Position numbers and translations under genes: made by a program. Shown here one piece after another: positions 1 through 9,910 of a stretch of 61,628 nucleotides of DNA; position 1 is the first letter of the stretch, and each line of letters opens with the position of its first letter. The notes beneath the pieces were generated by a model, which was not told the origin of the DNA, searched no databases, and worked only from the letters and a program-made list of their open reading frames with translations. The stretch spans positions 1-61,628 of the IMG/VR virus record IMGVR_UViG_3300042195_000088; one strand, 5' to 3'. This stretch comes from a virus (Duplodnaviria > Caudoviricetes).

Positions 1-63
1 GCCATGGAGAGACTATTTCCCTCGTACGAATTCATAGCGAATCCTATGGGAGCCTCGAAGTAA

Positions 64-390
64 ATGGCGCGTGGCGGATATCGACCCGGAGCAGGCCGGC
101 CCAGAAAGGCTGGCAAGCGTTCTGACGAGACGCAGAAAGAAGCCGCGCCGGATGACCTGCCGGTGAATCCGACAGAGAGCCGCACTCCACTGGAGTTCAT
201 GCTGGCTGTGATGAATGACCCGGGGCAGCCACCGAATCGGCGCGATCGCATGGCGATTGCGGCCGCACCCTTCATTCATGCCCGCGCAGGGGAGAAGGGG
301 AAGAAGGAAGAGGACGCCGAGAAGGCCAAGCGTGCCGGGGCTGGGAAGTTCGCGCCTGCGGCGCCGCCGAAAGCCAAGACGGTCAACTGA
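64..390 (+). CDS. terS: Terminase small subunit
   Basis: N-terminal MARGGYRPGAGRPRK motif and PLEFMLAVMND segment typical of TerS; directly upstream of TerL. Confidence 0.85.
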   Translation: MARGGYRPGAGRPRKAGKRSDETQKEAAPDDLPVNPTESRTPLEFMLAVMNDPGQPPNRRDRMAIAAAPFIHARAGEKGKKEEDAEKAKRAGAGKFAPAAPPKAKTVN

Positions 391-397
391 GTAGTCG

Positions 398-2059
398 ATG
401 GAGTGGACCACGGCGTGCCCTGACTGGGAGCGCCGGATTGTCGCCCGCGAGTCGCTGATTCCGTTCGCACCGTTGTTTCCCGCTGAGGCAGGTCGTGCGC
501 TCGGGGTGTTCAACGAACTGCAGGTCGTGGACGTGGCCGGCAGCCCGAAGCTTGGGGCGATTTGCCGCCCCTGGCTGTCCGACTTTGTGGGATCGGTGTC
601 CGGCGCGTATGACGCGGAGTCAGGCCGGCGGCTCATTACCGAGTTCTTCCTGCTGGTATCGAAGAAGAACTCCAAGTCCTCGACGGCGGCGGGGATCATG
701 TTGACGGCGCTGATCCTGAACTGGCGTCAGTCGGCGGAGTTTCTGGTGCTCGCGCCGACGATTGAGATCGCGAACAACTCGTTTTATCCCGCCCGAGACA
801 TGGTGCGGGCGGATGACGAGCTCTCGGATCTGTTCCAGGTCCAGGATCACCTGCGGACCATCACCCACCGCGGCAACGGCGCGACCCTGAAGGTGGTGGC
901 GGCGGACAACGAGACCGTCGGCGGCAAGAAGGCGACCGGCGTCCTCATCGATGAGTTGTGGCTGTTCGGCAAGAAGGCCGGGGCCGAGAACATGCTTCGC
1001 GAGGCGACGGGAGGACTTGCGTCCCGGCCGGAAGGATTCACCATATTCCTGAGCACGCAATCGGACGATCCGCCCGCCGGGGTGTTCCGACAGAAGCTCC
1101 AGTACGCCCGGGGAGTCCGGGATGGGCTGATCGATGACAAACGGTTCCTGCCGGTCATCTACGAGTTCCCGCAGAAACTACTCGAGGACGAGTCGCACAA
1201 GGACAAGTCGTTCTTCTACGTGACTAACCCGAACCTGGGTGCGTCGGTGGATACCGAGTTTCTGGAGCGCGAGTTCCAGAAAGCCGAGAACGACGGCGAG
1301 GAGTCCATGCGTGGATTCCTCGCCAAGCACCTGAACGTCGAAATCGGTCTTGCGCTTCGTTCTAACCGCTGGGTCGGTGCGGATTTCTGGGAACCGTGCG
1401 GATCGGGACCGCTGGGGCTCGACGAACTGCTCGAGCGCAGCGAGGTGGTCACGGTCGGCATCGACGGCGGCGGCCTCGATGACATGCTCGCGCTGTGTGC
1501 TTTGGGTCGCGAGGACGGCGGCAAGTGGCTGCACTGGGCGCATGCGTGGATTCACCCGATCGTTCTGGATCGCCGCAAGGCTGAGGCACAGCGCTTCCGT
1601 GATTTTCAGAAGAGCGGCGACCTCACCATCATTCAGGACGCGGGTGAGGATATCGAGCAGCTGGCGGATTACGTCGAGCGCATCGAGAAGTCGCAGCTCA
1701 TGGACCGCATCGGCGTGGACCAGGCCGGCATTGCGGACATTGTCGATGCGATCGTTGCCAAGAAAATCGAGCGCGACCGAATCATTGGCATCCCGCAGGG
1801 CTGGCGCCTCGTGAGCGCGATCAAGACGCTGGAGCGGCGTCTGCACGAAGGCGGTATCCAGCACGGCGCGCGGCCGCTGATGGCGTGGTCCGTTGGTAAT
1901 GCGAAGGCAGAGCCCCGCGGAAACGCGATCATCATCACGAAGCAGGCGGCGGGCTCGGCCAAGATCGACCCACTCATGGCGACGTTCGATGCGGTGGCGC
2001 TGATGGCACTGAACCCGACGCCGCGGAAAAAGAAGTACCAACTTTTGTTTGTGGGGTAA
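398..2059 (+). CDS. terL: Terminase large subunit
   Basis: 553 aa; Walker A-like VSKKNSKS, Walker B VLIDELW, nuclease GIDGGGLDD and C-terminal KIDPLMA motifs. Confidence 0.95.
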   Translation: MEWTTACPDWERRIVARESLIPFAPLFPAEAGRALGVFNELQVVDVAGSPKLGAICRPWLSDFVGSVSGAYDAESGRRLITEFFLLVSKKNSKSSTAAGIMLTALILNWRQSAEFLVLAPTIEIANNSFYPARDMVRADDELSDLFQVQDHLRTITHRGNGATLKVVAADNETVGGKKATGVLIDELWLFGKKAGAENMLREATGGLASRPEGFTIFLSTQSDDPPAGVFRQKLQYARGVRDGLIDDKRFLPVIYEFPQKLLEDESHKDKSFFYVTNPNLGASVDTEFLEREFQKAENDGEESMRGFLAKHLNVEIGLALRSNRWVGADFWEPCGSGPLGLDELLERSEVVTVGIDGGGLDDMLALCALGREDGGKWLHWAHAWIHPIVLDRRKAEAQRFRDFQKSGDLTIIQDAGEDIEQLADYVERIEKSQLMDRIGVDQAGIADIVDAIVAKKIERDRIIGIPQGWRLVSAIKTLERRLHEGGIQHGARPLMAWSVGNAKAEPRGNAIIITKQAAGSAKIDPLMATFDAVALMALNPTPRKKKYQLLFVG

Positions 2060-2066
2060 CGACTCG

Positions 2067-2354
2067 ATGAGCATTCGAAATGACGTTGACGACCTGATCG
2101 CGTTCCTTGATTCGCTGGCGAAGATCGATCCGGTCGCGATGGGCGCGCTCATCGCGGCGCGCGTCCCGTGCAATCAGGCGTTCGCCGACCATCCGACAGT
2201 GCAGTCCGGCGACTCGATCATCGGAATGCTTGGGATTCTCAACGGCTACGCGGGTGTGTTTGATGACGGACCGCGCAAGGGCTGGGGTCCGATCAGTGCC
2301 GTCATCGAGAGCGATTGCAGATGCACGGGTTTCGCGCGCACAAAGAACGACTGA
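2067..2354 (+). CDS. Hypothetical protein
   Basis: ORF MSIRNDVDDL... filling the gap between terL and a terminator hairpin. Confidence 0.55.
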   Translation: MSIRNDVDDLIAFLDSLAKIDPVAMGALIAARVPCNQAFADHPTVQSGDSIIGMLGILNGYAGVFDDGPRKGWGPISAVIESDCRCTGFARTKND

Positions 2355-2377
2355 CAATCCACCACTTTCCCCGAACG

Positions 2378-2406
2378 ACCCCCGCCCTGAGCGGGGTTTT
2401 CCATTT
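2378..2406 (+). terminator. Probable intrinsic terminator
   Basis: CCCCGC-CCTGA-GCGGGG stem-loop followed by TTTTCCATTT. Confidence 0.6.
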
Positions 2407-2419
2407 CTGGAGCACTGAA

Positions 2420-3289
2420 ATGAGTTCTGGTCCAACGCTTTACATGACTTCCGATCTCGCAGGCAAATCAGTGTCCATCGATGGGCAGAGCATTAAGTCG
2501 GTCGTCATACATCGGGCCTACAGCCTGCTAGAAGTCAAAGAGATTTCGGAAGAGGACGAGCATTACGTCGTCAAGGGTATGGCGACCACGCCGACGCCCG
2601 ACCGCTACCTTGATGAAATCGATCCTATGGGCGCAGAGTTTGCAGAGAGCATTGCGCTGCTGTGGCAACACCGTTCCGATCAACCGGTAGGCAGGGCGGA
2701 GTTGGGGAAGCCCACTAAAAAGGGAATCCCCTACGTAGCAAAGATCCCGAAGGTCAAGGAAGCCGGCGCACTGCGCGACAGAATCGAAGAGGCGGTTCAG
2801 TCGATCAGGTATCGACTCGTGGCGGCTGTATCCATCGGATTCCGTGTGCTGGAGAACGCCCTTGAATACATGGGCAACGGCGGCATCCGTTTTTTGAAGA
2901 TCGAGATTCTTGAGCTTTCGCTCGTGACCATTCCGGCCAACGCGGAAGCGACCATCGATTCTATCAAATCCATCGATCGTCAATTCTTCCTGCGCGCGGC
3001 AGACGCCGATGTGATGAACGCCGTTCGCGATATTGGAATGGCTATCAAAATCCACATGGGGCACATGGATGGGACCGTCGAGATTAGCGATGAGTCTCAG
3101 CAGGAAATGATGGACCTGATGAAGCGCGCGCACGCTGCGCTTACTGATTCAGAGCCAATGGGCAGCATGGCCGCGTCTGGCCAATTGAAGAAAGCTGTCG
3201 TAAAGCTCGACACCCCCGGCGTCTCGGGATCACCGGCCGCAAAGCGCGGCGCAATCAAACTCATCCCGAGGAAATACGAAAATGCCTAA
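2420..3289 (+). CDS. HK97-type prohead protease
   Basis: GMATTPTPDR, LLWQH, VSIGF and ELSLVTIPAN motifs; ATG at 2420 preceded by GGAG. Confidence 0.9.
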   Translation: MSSGPTLYMTSDLAGKSVSIDGQSIKSVVIHRAYSLLEVKEISEEDEHYVVKGMATTPTPDRYLDEIDPMGAEFAESIALLWQHRSDQPVGRAELGKPTKKGIPYVAKIPKVKEAGALRDRIEEAVQSIRYRLVAAVSIGFRVLENALEYMGNGGIRFLKIEILELSLVTIPANAEATIDSIKSIDRQFFLRAADADVMNAVRDIGMAIKIHMGHMDGTVEISDESQQEMMDLMKRAHAALTDSEPMGSMAASGQLKKAVVKLDTPGVSGSPAAKRGAIKLIPRKYENA

Positions 3290-4673
3290 GTCTATTGCAG
3301 AGCAGGTCACTGACCTGGAAAACACCCGTGGCGCCAAGGCGGCACGCATGCAGGCCATCGCGCAGAAGTCGATCGACGAAGGTCGTTCGATGGACGAGGC
3401 GGAGACCGAAGAGTTCGACACCATCGAGAGCGAGGTCGAGTCCATCGACGCAGACCTCGTGCGCATGTCGAAGCTCGACAAGCTCATGAAGAGCGCGAAG
3501 CCTGTCGTCGACCAGAAGGGCGCCGATCCGAAGAAGGCGGCCTCGTCACTTCGCGATCCGTCCGGTCCGTCCATCATCATCCAGCGTGATGCTGAGGAGA
3601 AGTTCAAGGGTCAGAACTTCACGCGCATGGTCATCGCGAAGACGCTAGCGCAACTCGATGGCATTTCGCCTGTTGGAATCGCGCTGCGACGCTGGGGCAA
3701 GACCAACCCGACACTCGTTGAATTGGTCAAGGCCGCAGTTGAGGGCGGTGGATCGGGTTCGGGCGAATGGGGCGCGGAACTGGTACAGGCGGATAACCGC
3801 TTTACCGGTGACTTCATCGAGTTCCTGGACTCGATGACGGTGTTCAACCGCTTGCCACTGCGCGAAGTGCCGGCGAACGTCACCATCAAGGGGCGCGATG
3901 GGACCGGCGTGGGATACTGGGTCGGCGAATCGAAGGCCATCCCGGTCTCCGCGCTGGATTTCAGCACCGTCAGCCTCACTCCGCTGAAGGTGGCGGCTCT
4001 TGCGGTCATCTCCAACGAGTGGCTACGCGACTCCACGCCATCCGGCGAGATGCTGGTGCGCGACGGATTGGTGAATGCAGCCGTTCAGCGCATCGACACG
4101 ACGTTCCTGTCTGCGACCGCCGCATCGGCGGGCGTGTCTCCGGCTGGGTTGCTGAACGGCGTATCCGCCATTCCCGCAAGCGGCGTTGATGGCGATGCGG
4201 TACGTGCAGACATTCAGTCGCTCTATGAGGTGTTCATCGCGGCGAAGAACGCACTGGGACTGTGGTTTGTCATGGACCCGGCGCTCGGCAAGGCGCTGCA
4301 GCTCATGCGCAATGCGCTTGGGCAGCAGGAATTCCCGGGGATCACTGCTGCTGGCGGAACGCTCGAAGGTGATCAGGTAGTCACCGGCGAGAATGTCGAG
4401 GCCGGAAACATGATCCTGCTCAAGCCTTCGGATATCTGGAAGATCGGAGACGGCGGAGTGCAGGTAGCCATGTCCCGGGACGCGACGATCGAGATGGATT
4501 CGGCGCCGCAGGGGGACTCGCAGGCTCCCACGGAGTCGAGCGCCAGTTTGGTGAGCATGTTCCAGACAGAAAGCACGGTCATCAAGATTGTGCGGTCGAT
4601 GAACTTCGCCAAGCGCCGCAGTCATGCGGTCCAGTACGTCTCAGGTGCCGCCTACAACGGGGCCGCGACCTGA
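3282..4673 (+). CDS. Major capsid protein (HK97 fold, with N-terminal delta domain)
   Basis: 463 aa after the protease; coiled-coil N-terminus, YWVGESKAIP and SMFQTES motifs. Confidence 0.92.
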   Translation: MPKSIAEQVTDLENTRGAKAARMQAIAQKSIDEGRSMDEAETEEFDTIESEVESIDADLVRMSKLDKLMKSAKPVVDQKGADPKKAASSLRDPSGPSIIIQRDAEEKFKGQNFTRMVIAKTLAQLDGISPVGIALRRWGKTNPTLVELVKAAVEGGGSGSGEWGAELVQADNRFTGDFIEFLDSMTVFNRLPLREVPANVTIKGRDGTGVGYWVGESKAIPVSALDFSTVSLTPLKVAALAVISNEWLRDSTPSGEMLVRDGLVNAAVQRIDTTFLSATAASAGVSPAGLLNGVSAIPASGVDGDAVRADIQSLYEVFIAAKNALGLWFVMDPALGKALQLMRNALGQQEFPGITAAGGTLEGDQVVTGENVEAGNMILLKPSDIWKIGDGGVQVAMSRDATIEMDSAPQGDSQAPTESSASLVSMFQTESTVIKIVRSMNFAKRRSHAVQYVSGAAYNGAAT

Positions 4674-4679
4674 CCCATT

Positions 4680-4716
4680 GGCGCCCGGTTTGTGAGGGCC
4701 GGGCGCCCCCTTTCTT
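4680..4716 (+). terminator. Probable terminator after capsid gene
   Basis: GGCGCCCGG-10 nt-CCGGGCGCC stem followed by CCTTTCTT. Confidence 0.55.
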
Positions 4717-4728
4717 CGAGGAGGACTC

Positions 4729-4953
4729 ATGCAGATTGAGATCAAAGGTCGAACGCTTCGCGTGAAGCGCAAACTCGGTCGCGCATTGGTGACAATGGGG
4801 CGTGCGCGCGAGACGCGGACCTACGAGACGCGCGTGGAGGTGCCGGAGCCGGTTCCGGCTGTTGAGGAAGAACAGGAGATTTCCGAGCGCACCGGCAAGC
4901 CAAAGCGACAGTACCGTCGCCGGGATATGCAGGCCGAGACTGGCGAAGACTGA
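4729..4953 (+). CDS. Small head-module hypothetical protein
   Basis: Strong GAGGAGG RBS; basic KRQYRRRD C-terminus; stop overlaps the portal start. Confidence 0.7.
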   Translation: MQIEIKGRTLRVKRKLGRALVTMGRARETRTYETRVEVPEPVPAVEEEQEISERTGKPKRQYRRRDMQAETGED

Positions 4954-6482
4954 TGCGTCTGTTCGGTCTGGATTTTTCGATCAAGCGCTTCCGCCAGAAG
5001 GCGACGCAGGCGCTCACGTCGTTGAGTGGCAAATGGTGGCGCATCTTCGATGCGTGGCCGGGCGCGTGGCAGCAGGACGTCGTACAGATTGACGAGACGA
5101 AGGTTTCGTCCAACTGGGCGGTGTTCGGATGCGTGACGCTGATCGCAAGCGATATTGCGAAGATGCCTGCGCGTGTCATGCAGTTCAATCGGCAGACGCG
5201 CATATGGGACGAGACGATCATGCGCCCGGTTTTGCGCAAGCCGAATCGCTTCCAGACCCGTATCGAGTTCTTCAAGATGTGGCTGTTCTCCCTGCTCTTG
5301 CAGGGGAACACTTACATCCTCAAGCAGCGCAATGAAGACGGGTTCATCGTCGCGATGTATGTGCTGGACCCGTGCCGTGTCACGCCACTCGTGGCTCCTG
5401 ACGGCAGCGTGTTCTATCAACTCGCGAGCGATAATCTCTCGGGTATCACGGACACTGTCACCGTTCCAGCGAGCGAGATCATCCACGATAGGATGCACAC
5501 GCTGTGGCATCCGCTGATTGGTGTGTCACCGATCTACGCGTGTGGGATTGCAGCCATGCAGGGACATGCAATCCAGCAGAACAGCGCCAAGTTCTTCGAG
5601 AACATGAGCCGGCCGAGCGGGTTGCTGACTGCGCCGGGCGCGATCTCCGACGAGACTGCGGGACGTTTGAAGACCGCATGGCAGGAGAATTACAGCGGCG
5701 GCAATGCCGGCAAGGTCGCAGTGCTGGGCGATGGCCTGAAATACGAGGCCATGACGATCACCGCGGCGGATTCGCAGCTCATCGAGCAGTTGAAGTTCTC
5801 CGGCGAGATGATCTGCGCAACATTTCATGTCCCGCCCTACAAGCTCGGTTTGGGGCAGATGCCGACCGCAAACAATACCGGTGTATTGAACCAGCAATAT
5901 TACGACCAGTGTCTACAGCCAATCGCCGAGAATATCGAGCTGCGTCTGGAAGATGGGCTTGAGCTCGTATCGCCGCAGTTTGAAGTGTGGATGGATGAGT
6001 CTGTTCTGCTGCGCATGGACCCGGCAACACGCCTGAAGGCGCATAGCGAGTCGGTCGGCGGAGGCTGGCTTGCGCCGAATGAGGCGCGGCGCCAAGAAAA
6101 CTACGCACCGGCCGAGGGCGGAGACACCCCGTATCTGCAACAGCAGAATTACTCATTGGCCGCACTCAGCCGTCGCGACAACTCGGAAGGCGTAGGCACG
6201 CAGGTCACGGCGCTGCAGTCGCTCATTGCCGCCGGCGCCAAGGGCGAGATCCCGGTGGATTCGGTGCGCGCCGCGATCAAGGCCGCTTTCCCGCTGCTCG
6301 AGGATGCGGAAGTCGAGGCGATGGTGAAGCCGCTGGAGGACTTCGAGCCTCCCGCGCCGCCGGTAGCCGCACTTCCGGCGCCAGTAGCCGAGGACGAAGA
6401 CGAAGAAGATGACGACGAGGAATTCGCCATGCGTTTCGCCATCGACCTGACGCGGGAACTGGATAATGCCGAAACAGCGTGA
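4953..6482 (+). CDS. Portal protein (HK97 family)
   Basis: AVFGCVTLIASDIAKMP, LLLQGNTY, EIIHDR, GVSPI and NEARRQEN motifs. Confidence 0.93.
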   Translation: MRLFGLDFSIKRFRQKATQALTSLSGKWWRIFDAWPGAWQQDVVQIDETKVSSNWAVFGCVTLIASDIAKMPARVMQFNRQTRIWDETIMRPVLRKPNRFQTRIEFFKMWLFSLLLQGNTYILKQRNEDGFIVAMYVLDPCRVTPLVAPDGSVFYQLASDNLSGITDTVTVPASEIIHDRMHTLWHPLIGVSPIYACGIAAMQGHAIQQNSAKFFENMSRPSGLLTAPGAISDETAGRLKTAWQENYSGGNAGKVAVLGDGLKYEAMTITAADSQLIEQLKFSGEMICATFHVPPYKLGLGQMPTANNTGVLNQQYYDQCLQPIAENIELRLEDGLELVSPQFEVWMDESVLLRMDPATRLKAHSESVGGGWLAPNEARRQENYAPAEGGDTPYLQQQNYSLAALSRRDNSEGVGTQVTALQSLIAAGAKGEIPVDSVRAAIKAAFPLLEDAEVEAMVKPLEDFEPPAPPVAALPAPVAEDEDEEDDDEEFAMRFAIDLTRELDNAETA

Positions 6483-7701
6483 TCTGACCGGACTCGTCAA
6501 GGCCGTTGCGACGGTCGTGCGCGAACATTTCGCGAAGGCTTGCCGGCCGCTCATGGAGCGCATCGAGGCAGTCGAACAGCGGTTTTCCGCCCTGCCGGTA
6601 CCCAAGGACGGAGAGCGCGGCAAGGACGGCCGAAACGCCTTCGAGGTGGCGGTATCGCTCGGTTATGAAGGGACCGTCCACGAGTGGATGGATTCCCTGC
6701 AGGGAAAGAGCGTCATGCTCGAGGACATGAGGCCGCTGATCTTGGAGTTCGTGAATCAGATCCCGAAGCCCAAGGATGGTCTGGACGGGAAAGGCGTCAC
6801 GCTGGACGACGTACGGCCGTTGATTGTGCAGGCTGTTGCCGAACTACCGAGGCCCAAGGATGGGCTCGATGGCAATAGCGTCACGCTGGACGATGTTCTC
6901 CCTCTCGTTGAGAACGCTGTCAAAGCGATTCCTGCGCCGAAGGACGGAAAGAACGGCGCAACGACTGATGAATTGGCGCCGCTGTGCGAGCAGTTGATAT
7001 CAAAAGCCGTTGCCGAGATCCCTAAGCCTAAAGACGGCATTGATGGCAGGAGCGTGACGGCCGAGGAGGTGCTTCCTGAACTGAATGCGCAGCTTCAGAA
7101 AGCTGTCGATTCTCTTCCGATTCCGAAGGACGGAACGAGCGTTACGGTCGAGCAGGTCATGCCGGAATTGCGGGCCGCGCTCGACATGGCCATCAAGGAT
7201 ATTCCGGTTCCAAGGGACGGCATTGATGGCAGGAGCGTGACGCTCGATGACGTCCGCCCGCTCATGGACACAGCCATTGCCACTTGGGCGCTGGAATTTG
7301 AGCGCCGCGCGTCCGATCTGATACAGCGCTGCATTGATCGCATCCCGAAACCTGCTGACGGCAAGGCCGGTCGCGATGCGTTCGACCTCGAAGACGTGCG
7401 GCTTTCTATCGCAGCCGACGAACGGACACTCACGCTAGCATTTGTCCGTGGTGAAGAGATGGTGGAGCGCAGTGTTGTGCTAACGCATCCGATTTACCGC
7501 GGCGTATGGCGGGAAGGTGATTTCAGAAAGGGCGACTGCGTGACGTTCGGTGGTTCTGCATGGATTGCCGTGCGTGACACGAAGGCGAGGCCCGAGACAG
7601 ACGACAGTTGGAAATTGAGCGTGAAGCGCGGGCGCGATGGCAAGGACGGCCTGAAGGGTGATAAAGGCGACCGCGGCCCACCGGGCAAGGTGGCCGCATG
7701 A
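6466..7701 (+). CDS. Repeat-rich collagen-like neck/head fibre protein
   Basis: About 7 PKDGxDGxSVTxxDVxPL repeats; C-terminal YRGVW...GDCVTFGGSAW domain and GxxGxx tail. Confidence 0.75.
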   Translation: MPKQRDLTGLVKAVATVVREHFAKACRPLMERIEAVEQRFSALPVPKDGERGKDGRNAFEVAVSLGYEGTVHEWMDSLQGKSVMLEDMRPLILEFVNQIPKPKDGLDGKGVTLDDVRPLIVQAVAELPRPKDGLDGNSVTLDDVLPLVENAVKAIPAPKDGKNGATTDELAPLCEQLISKAVAEIPKPKDGIDGRSVTAEEVLPELNAQLQKAVDSLPIPKDGTSVTVEQVMPELRAALDMAIKDIPVPRDGIDGRSVTLDDVRPLMDTAIATWALEFERRASDLIQRCIDRIPKPADGKAGRDAFDLEDVRLSIAADERTLTLAFVRGEEMVERSVVLTHPIYRGVWREGDFRKGDCVTFGGSAWIAVRDTKARPETDDSWKLSVKRGRDGKDGLKGDKGDRGPPGKVAA

Positions 7702-7967
7702 TGCTCATCGATCTGGATACCGCCAAGCGCCATCTTCGATTCAATGACGATGAGGTTGCGCCTGACGAGATCATTGAAGAGAAGATCGTTCAGGCTTCGG
7801 CCGTCATTCTCGACTATCTGAAACTGAGCGCCGAGCCGTACGAAGTCACCGAAGTCATGAAGGCGGCGACCTGTCTTGCCGTTGAAGCATTGTTCGACGG
7901 TGGCGATCCGCTCTCGGATGTGGTCATTCGCCTTCTGCATCGACGTAGAGACCCAGCGCTCGCATGA
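7698..7967 (+). CDS. Head-tail connector (HK97 gp6-like)
   Basis: IDLDTAKRHLR start, ~89 aa, position after the head genes. Confidence 0.8.
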   Translation: MMLIDLDTAKRHLRFNDDEVAPDEIIEEKIVQASAVILDYLKLSAEPYEVTEVMKAATCLAVEALFDGGDPLSDVVIRLLHRRRDPALA

Positions 7968-8299
7968 GGAAGGAAACGTATCGGTCAGGCGAGCTAGACC
8001 AGCGTGTGACGTTTCGCCGTGAGCAGCAAACCTCGGACGGCATGGGCGGGCAGTCCAAGACGTGGGGCGATGTGGCTACCGTCTGGGCGCATGTACGGCC
8101 CATGTCGGGACGGGAACGCGAGCACGCCGACCGGCTCAACGCCGAGGCGAACTACCTGATTGTTATCCGCTACCGTACCGACATTGACGAGACCGACGTC
8201 GCGGTGTGGAAAGGCCGGCAGTTCAACCTGCGTTTCAACAAGGACCGTGCGCGTTCCCGGTTCCTGGAAATCGAGGCAGAGCGCGGAGTCGTGGTGTAG
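7964..8299 (+). CDS. Head closure/adaptor (SPP1 gp16-like)
   Basis: SGELDQRVTF, DGMGG, TVWAHVRP and IRYR motifs. Confidence 0.85.
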   Translation: MRKETYRSGELDQRVTFRREQQTSDGMGGQSKTWGDVATVWAHVRPMSGREREHADRLNAEANYLIVIRYRTDIDETDVAVWKGRQFNLRFNKDRARSRFLEIEAERGVVV

Positions 8300-8724
8300 T
8301 GAAGAACGGAGCGCGGATCATCGGACTCGAAGATCTTCAGGAAACGCTGTTGCAGGTTATGCCGCGCGAAGCGAAGAACATCCTTCGCCGCACGACCTAC
8401 CAGTTGGCCACGAAAGTGCGAGACGGCGTGAAGGCCAAGGCGCCCGTCCATACCGGAAACCTCAAGCGATCCATCAAGGCCAAAAGGGATCGTGGCACGA
8501 AAACCAACATTGCCGCCTCGGTTATTGCGGATCGTGGTGGTGGTCGTTCAGGCAAGGGCTATCACAGTCACTTTCTGGAATTCGGAACCGTGAAGATGCA
8601 GGCGCAGCCGTTCATCGTTCCGACTGTTGAGGCAATGCGGCCGGAAGTGACGGAGATGTATCGCACTGAATTCGGTGTGCAGTTCGAGCGTGAGATGGCC
8701 AAGCGCCACAAGAAGCGCAAATGA
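8299..8724 (+). CDS. HK97 gp10-like tail completion protein
   Basis: APVHTGNLKRSI and HFLEFGTVKMQAQPF motifs; GTG start overlaps the upstream stop. Confidence 0.85.
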   Translation: MKNGARIIGLEDLQETLLQVMPREAKNILRRTTYQLATKVRDGVKAKAPVHTGNLKRSIKAKRDRGTKTNIAASVIADRGGGRSGKGYHSHFLEFGTVKMQAQPFIVPTVEAMRPEVTEMYRTEFGVQFEREMAKRHKKRK

Positions 8725-9119
8725 AGTTCGAAGAGGCGCTGCAGAAGGCCGTCTACGAACGGCTTTCGAATTTCCCGACGATGCCACCCGTCTATGATGA
8801 GGTACCGAAGGATGCACCTGAGCACTACGTCGTAATTGGCGAGGATACGCACGCGCCTTACGATACGGACGATTCCGTTGGCAGCGAATCCACTATCACG
8901 CTGCACATCTGGAGCAAGTCCCATCGCGGAAAGATGCAGGTCAAGGCCACGCAGGGCTTGATCTACGAGGCGCTGAATCGTCACGAGCTCGTCGTCGACG
9001 ATTACGACCTAGTCACACTGGAGTTCGAATACTCCGAGGCGATGCTCGACCCCGACGGGCTTACCCGCCATGGAGTCAATCGCTACCGCGCGCTGCTCGA
9101 GCAGTCAGCCGCCAGTTAG
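8721..9119 (+). CDS. Tail terminator (DUF3168-like)
   Basis: LQKAVYERL, VYDEVP, YVVIGED and TRHGV motifs. Confidence 0.8.
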   Translation: MKFEEALQKAVYERLSNFPTMPPVYDEVPKDAPEHYVVIGEDTHAPYDTDDSVGSESTITLHIWSKSHRGKMQVKATQGLIYEALNRHELVVDDYDLVTLEFEYSEAMLDPDGLTRHGVNRYRALLEQSAAS

Positions 9120-9152
9120 TTTCTTCCACTCGTTCCATCTGGAGATTGCAAC

Positions 9153-9554
9153 ATGCCCGCATTGGTTGGCCGTAAGGTCACGTTCACCCCGACTGGTGCC
9201 GGGGCCCCGGTCACGGGAATGCGCACCAAGACGATCACGCTCAACAACGAGCCGATCGATATCACCTCGGACGACGATGACGGCTGGCGTACGTTTCTCG
9301 CGTCAGACCCTGCTGAGCGCTCAATCGACATGAGCGTGGAGGGAATCACCAAGGACAACGAGCTGATGAAACTCGCCGCCCTTGGCGGAGCCAACCTCAT
9401 CTCCGAGTACACACTGAACTTCCCGGGGCTGGGCTCGTTCACCGGGGATTTCTACATCGGCTCGCTGGAACTGGGAGCGCCATACAACGAGGGCGTCACG
9501 TTCTCGTGCTCGATTCAGTCGAGCGGCCCGGCCGTTTTCACTGAGGAATCCTGA
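9153..9554 (+). CDS. Tail tube (major tail) protein
   Basis: NNEPIDITSDDDDGWRTFL motif of GTA/TP901-type tail tube proteins. Confidence 0.85.
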   Translation: MPALVGRKVTFTPTGAGAPVTGMRTKTITLNNEPIDITSDDDDGWRTFLASDPAERSIDMSVEGITKDNELMKLAALGGANLISEYTLNFPGLGSFTGDFYIGSLELGAPYNEGVTFSCSIQSSGPAVFTEES

Positions 9555-9910
9555 TGGCGAAGACCGTCGAGGCCGTCATCAACGGCACGGCATACCAGAT
9601 GCCGGCCTCCTACAAAGCGTCGAAGGAAATCGCGGAGAAAGTGGGCGATCCGCTCAAACTCGCATTATCCGCGCACCAGAACAATGGCGCCGTACCGATG
9701 AGCGTGGACGACGTCGTTACGATCATCGCCATCGGCGTGAAGCACGCCGGATGCAGCCTGCCAAAAGATGAGATCGGCGAGCACATCGTTTCCGCAGGGC
9801 TGATGACCTTTCTGCCGATCGTGGGTAGCTACATGCTGGCAATCTGCACCGGATCTGCTGGAGAGGTGAAAGACAGCGCAAAAAAAGGCGGCAGGAAGTC
9901 AGCTGGCTAG
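9554..9910 (+). CDS. Tail assembly chaperone (gpG-like)
   Basis: Between tail tube and tape measure; ends in the slippery sequence GCA AAA AAA GG. Confidence 0.8.
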   Translation: MAKTVEAVINGTAYQMPASYKASKEIAEKVGDPLKLALSAHQNNGAVPMSVDDVVTIIAIGVKHAGCSLPKDEIGEHIVSAGLMTFLPIVGSYMLAICTGSAGEVKDSAKKGGRKSAG

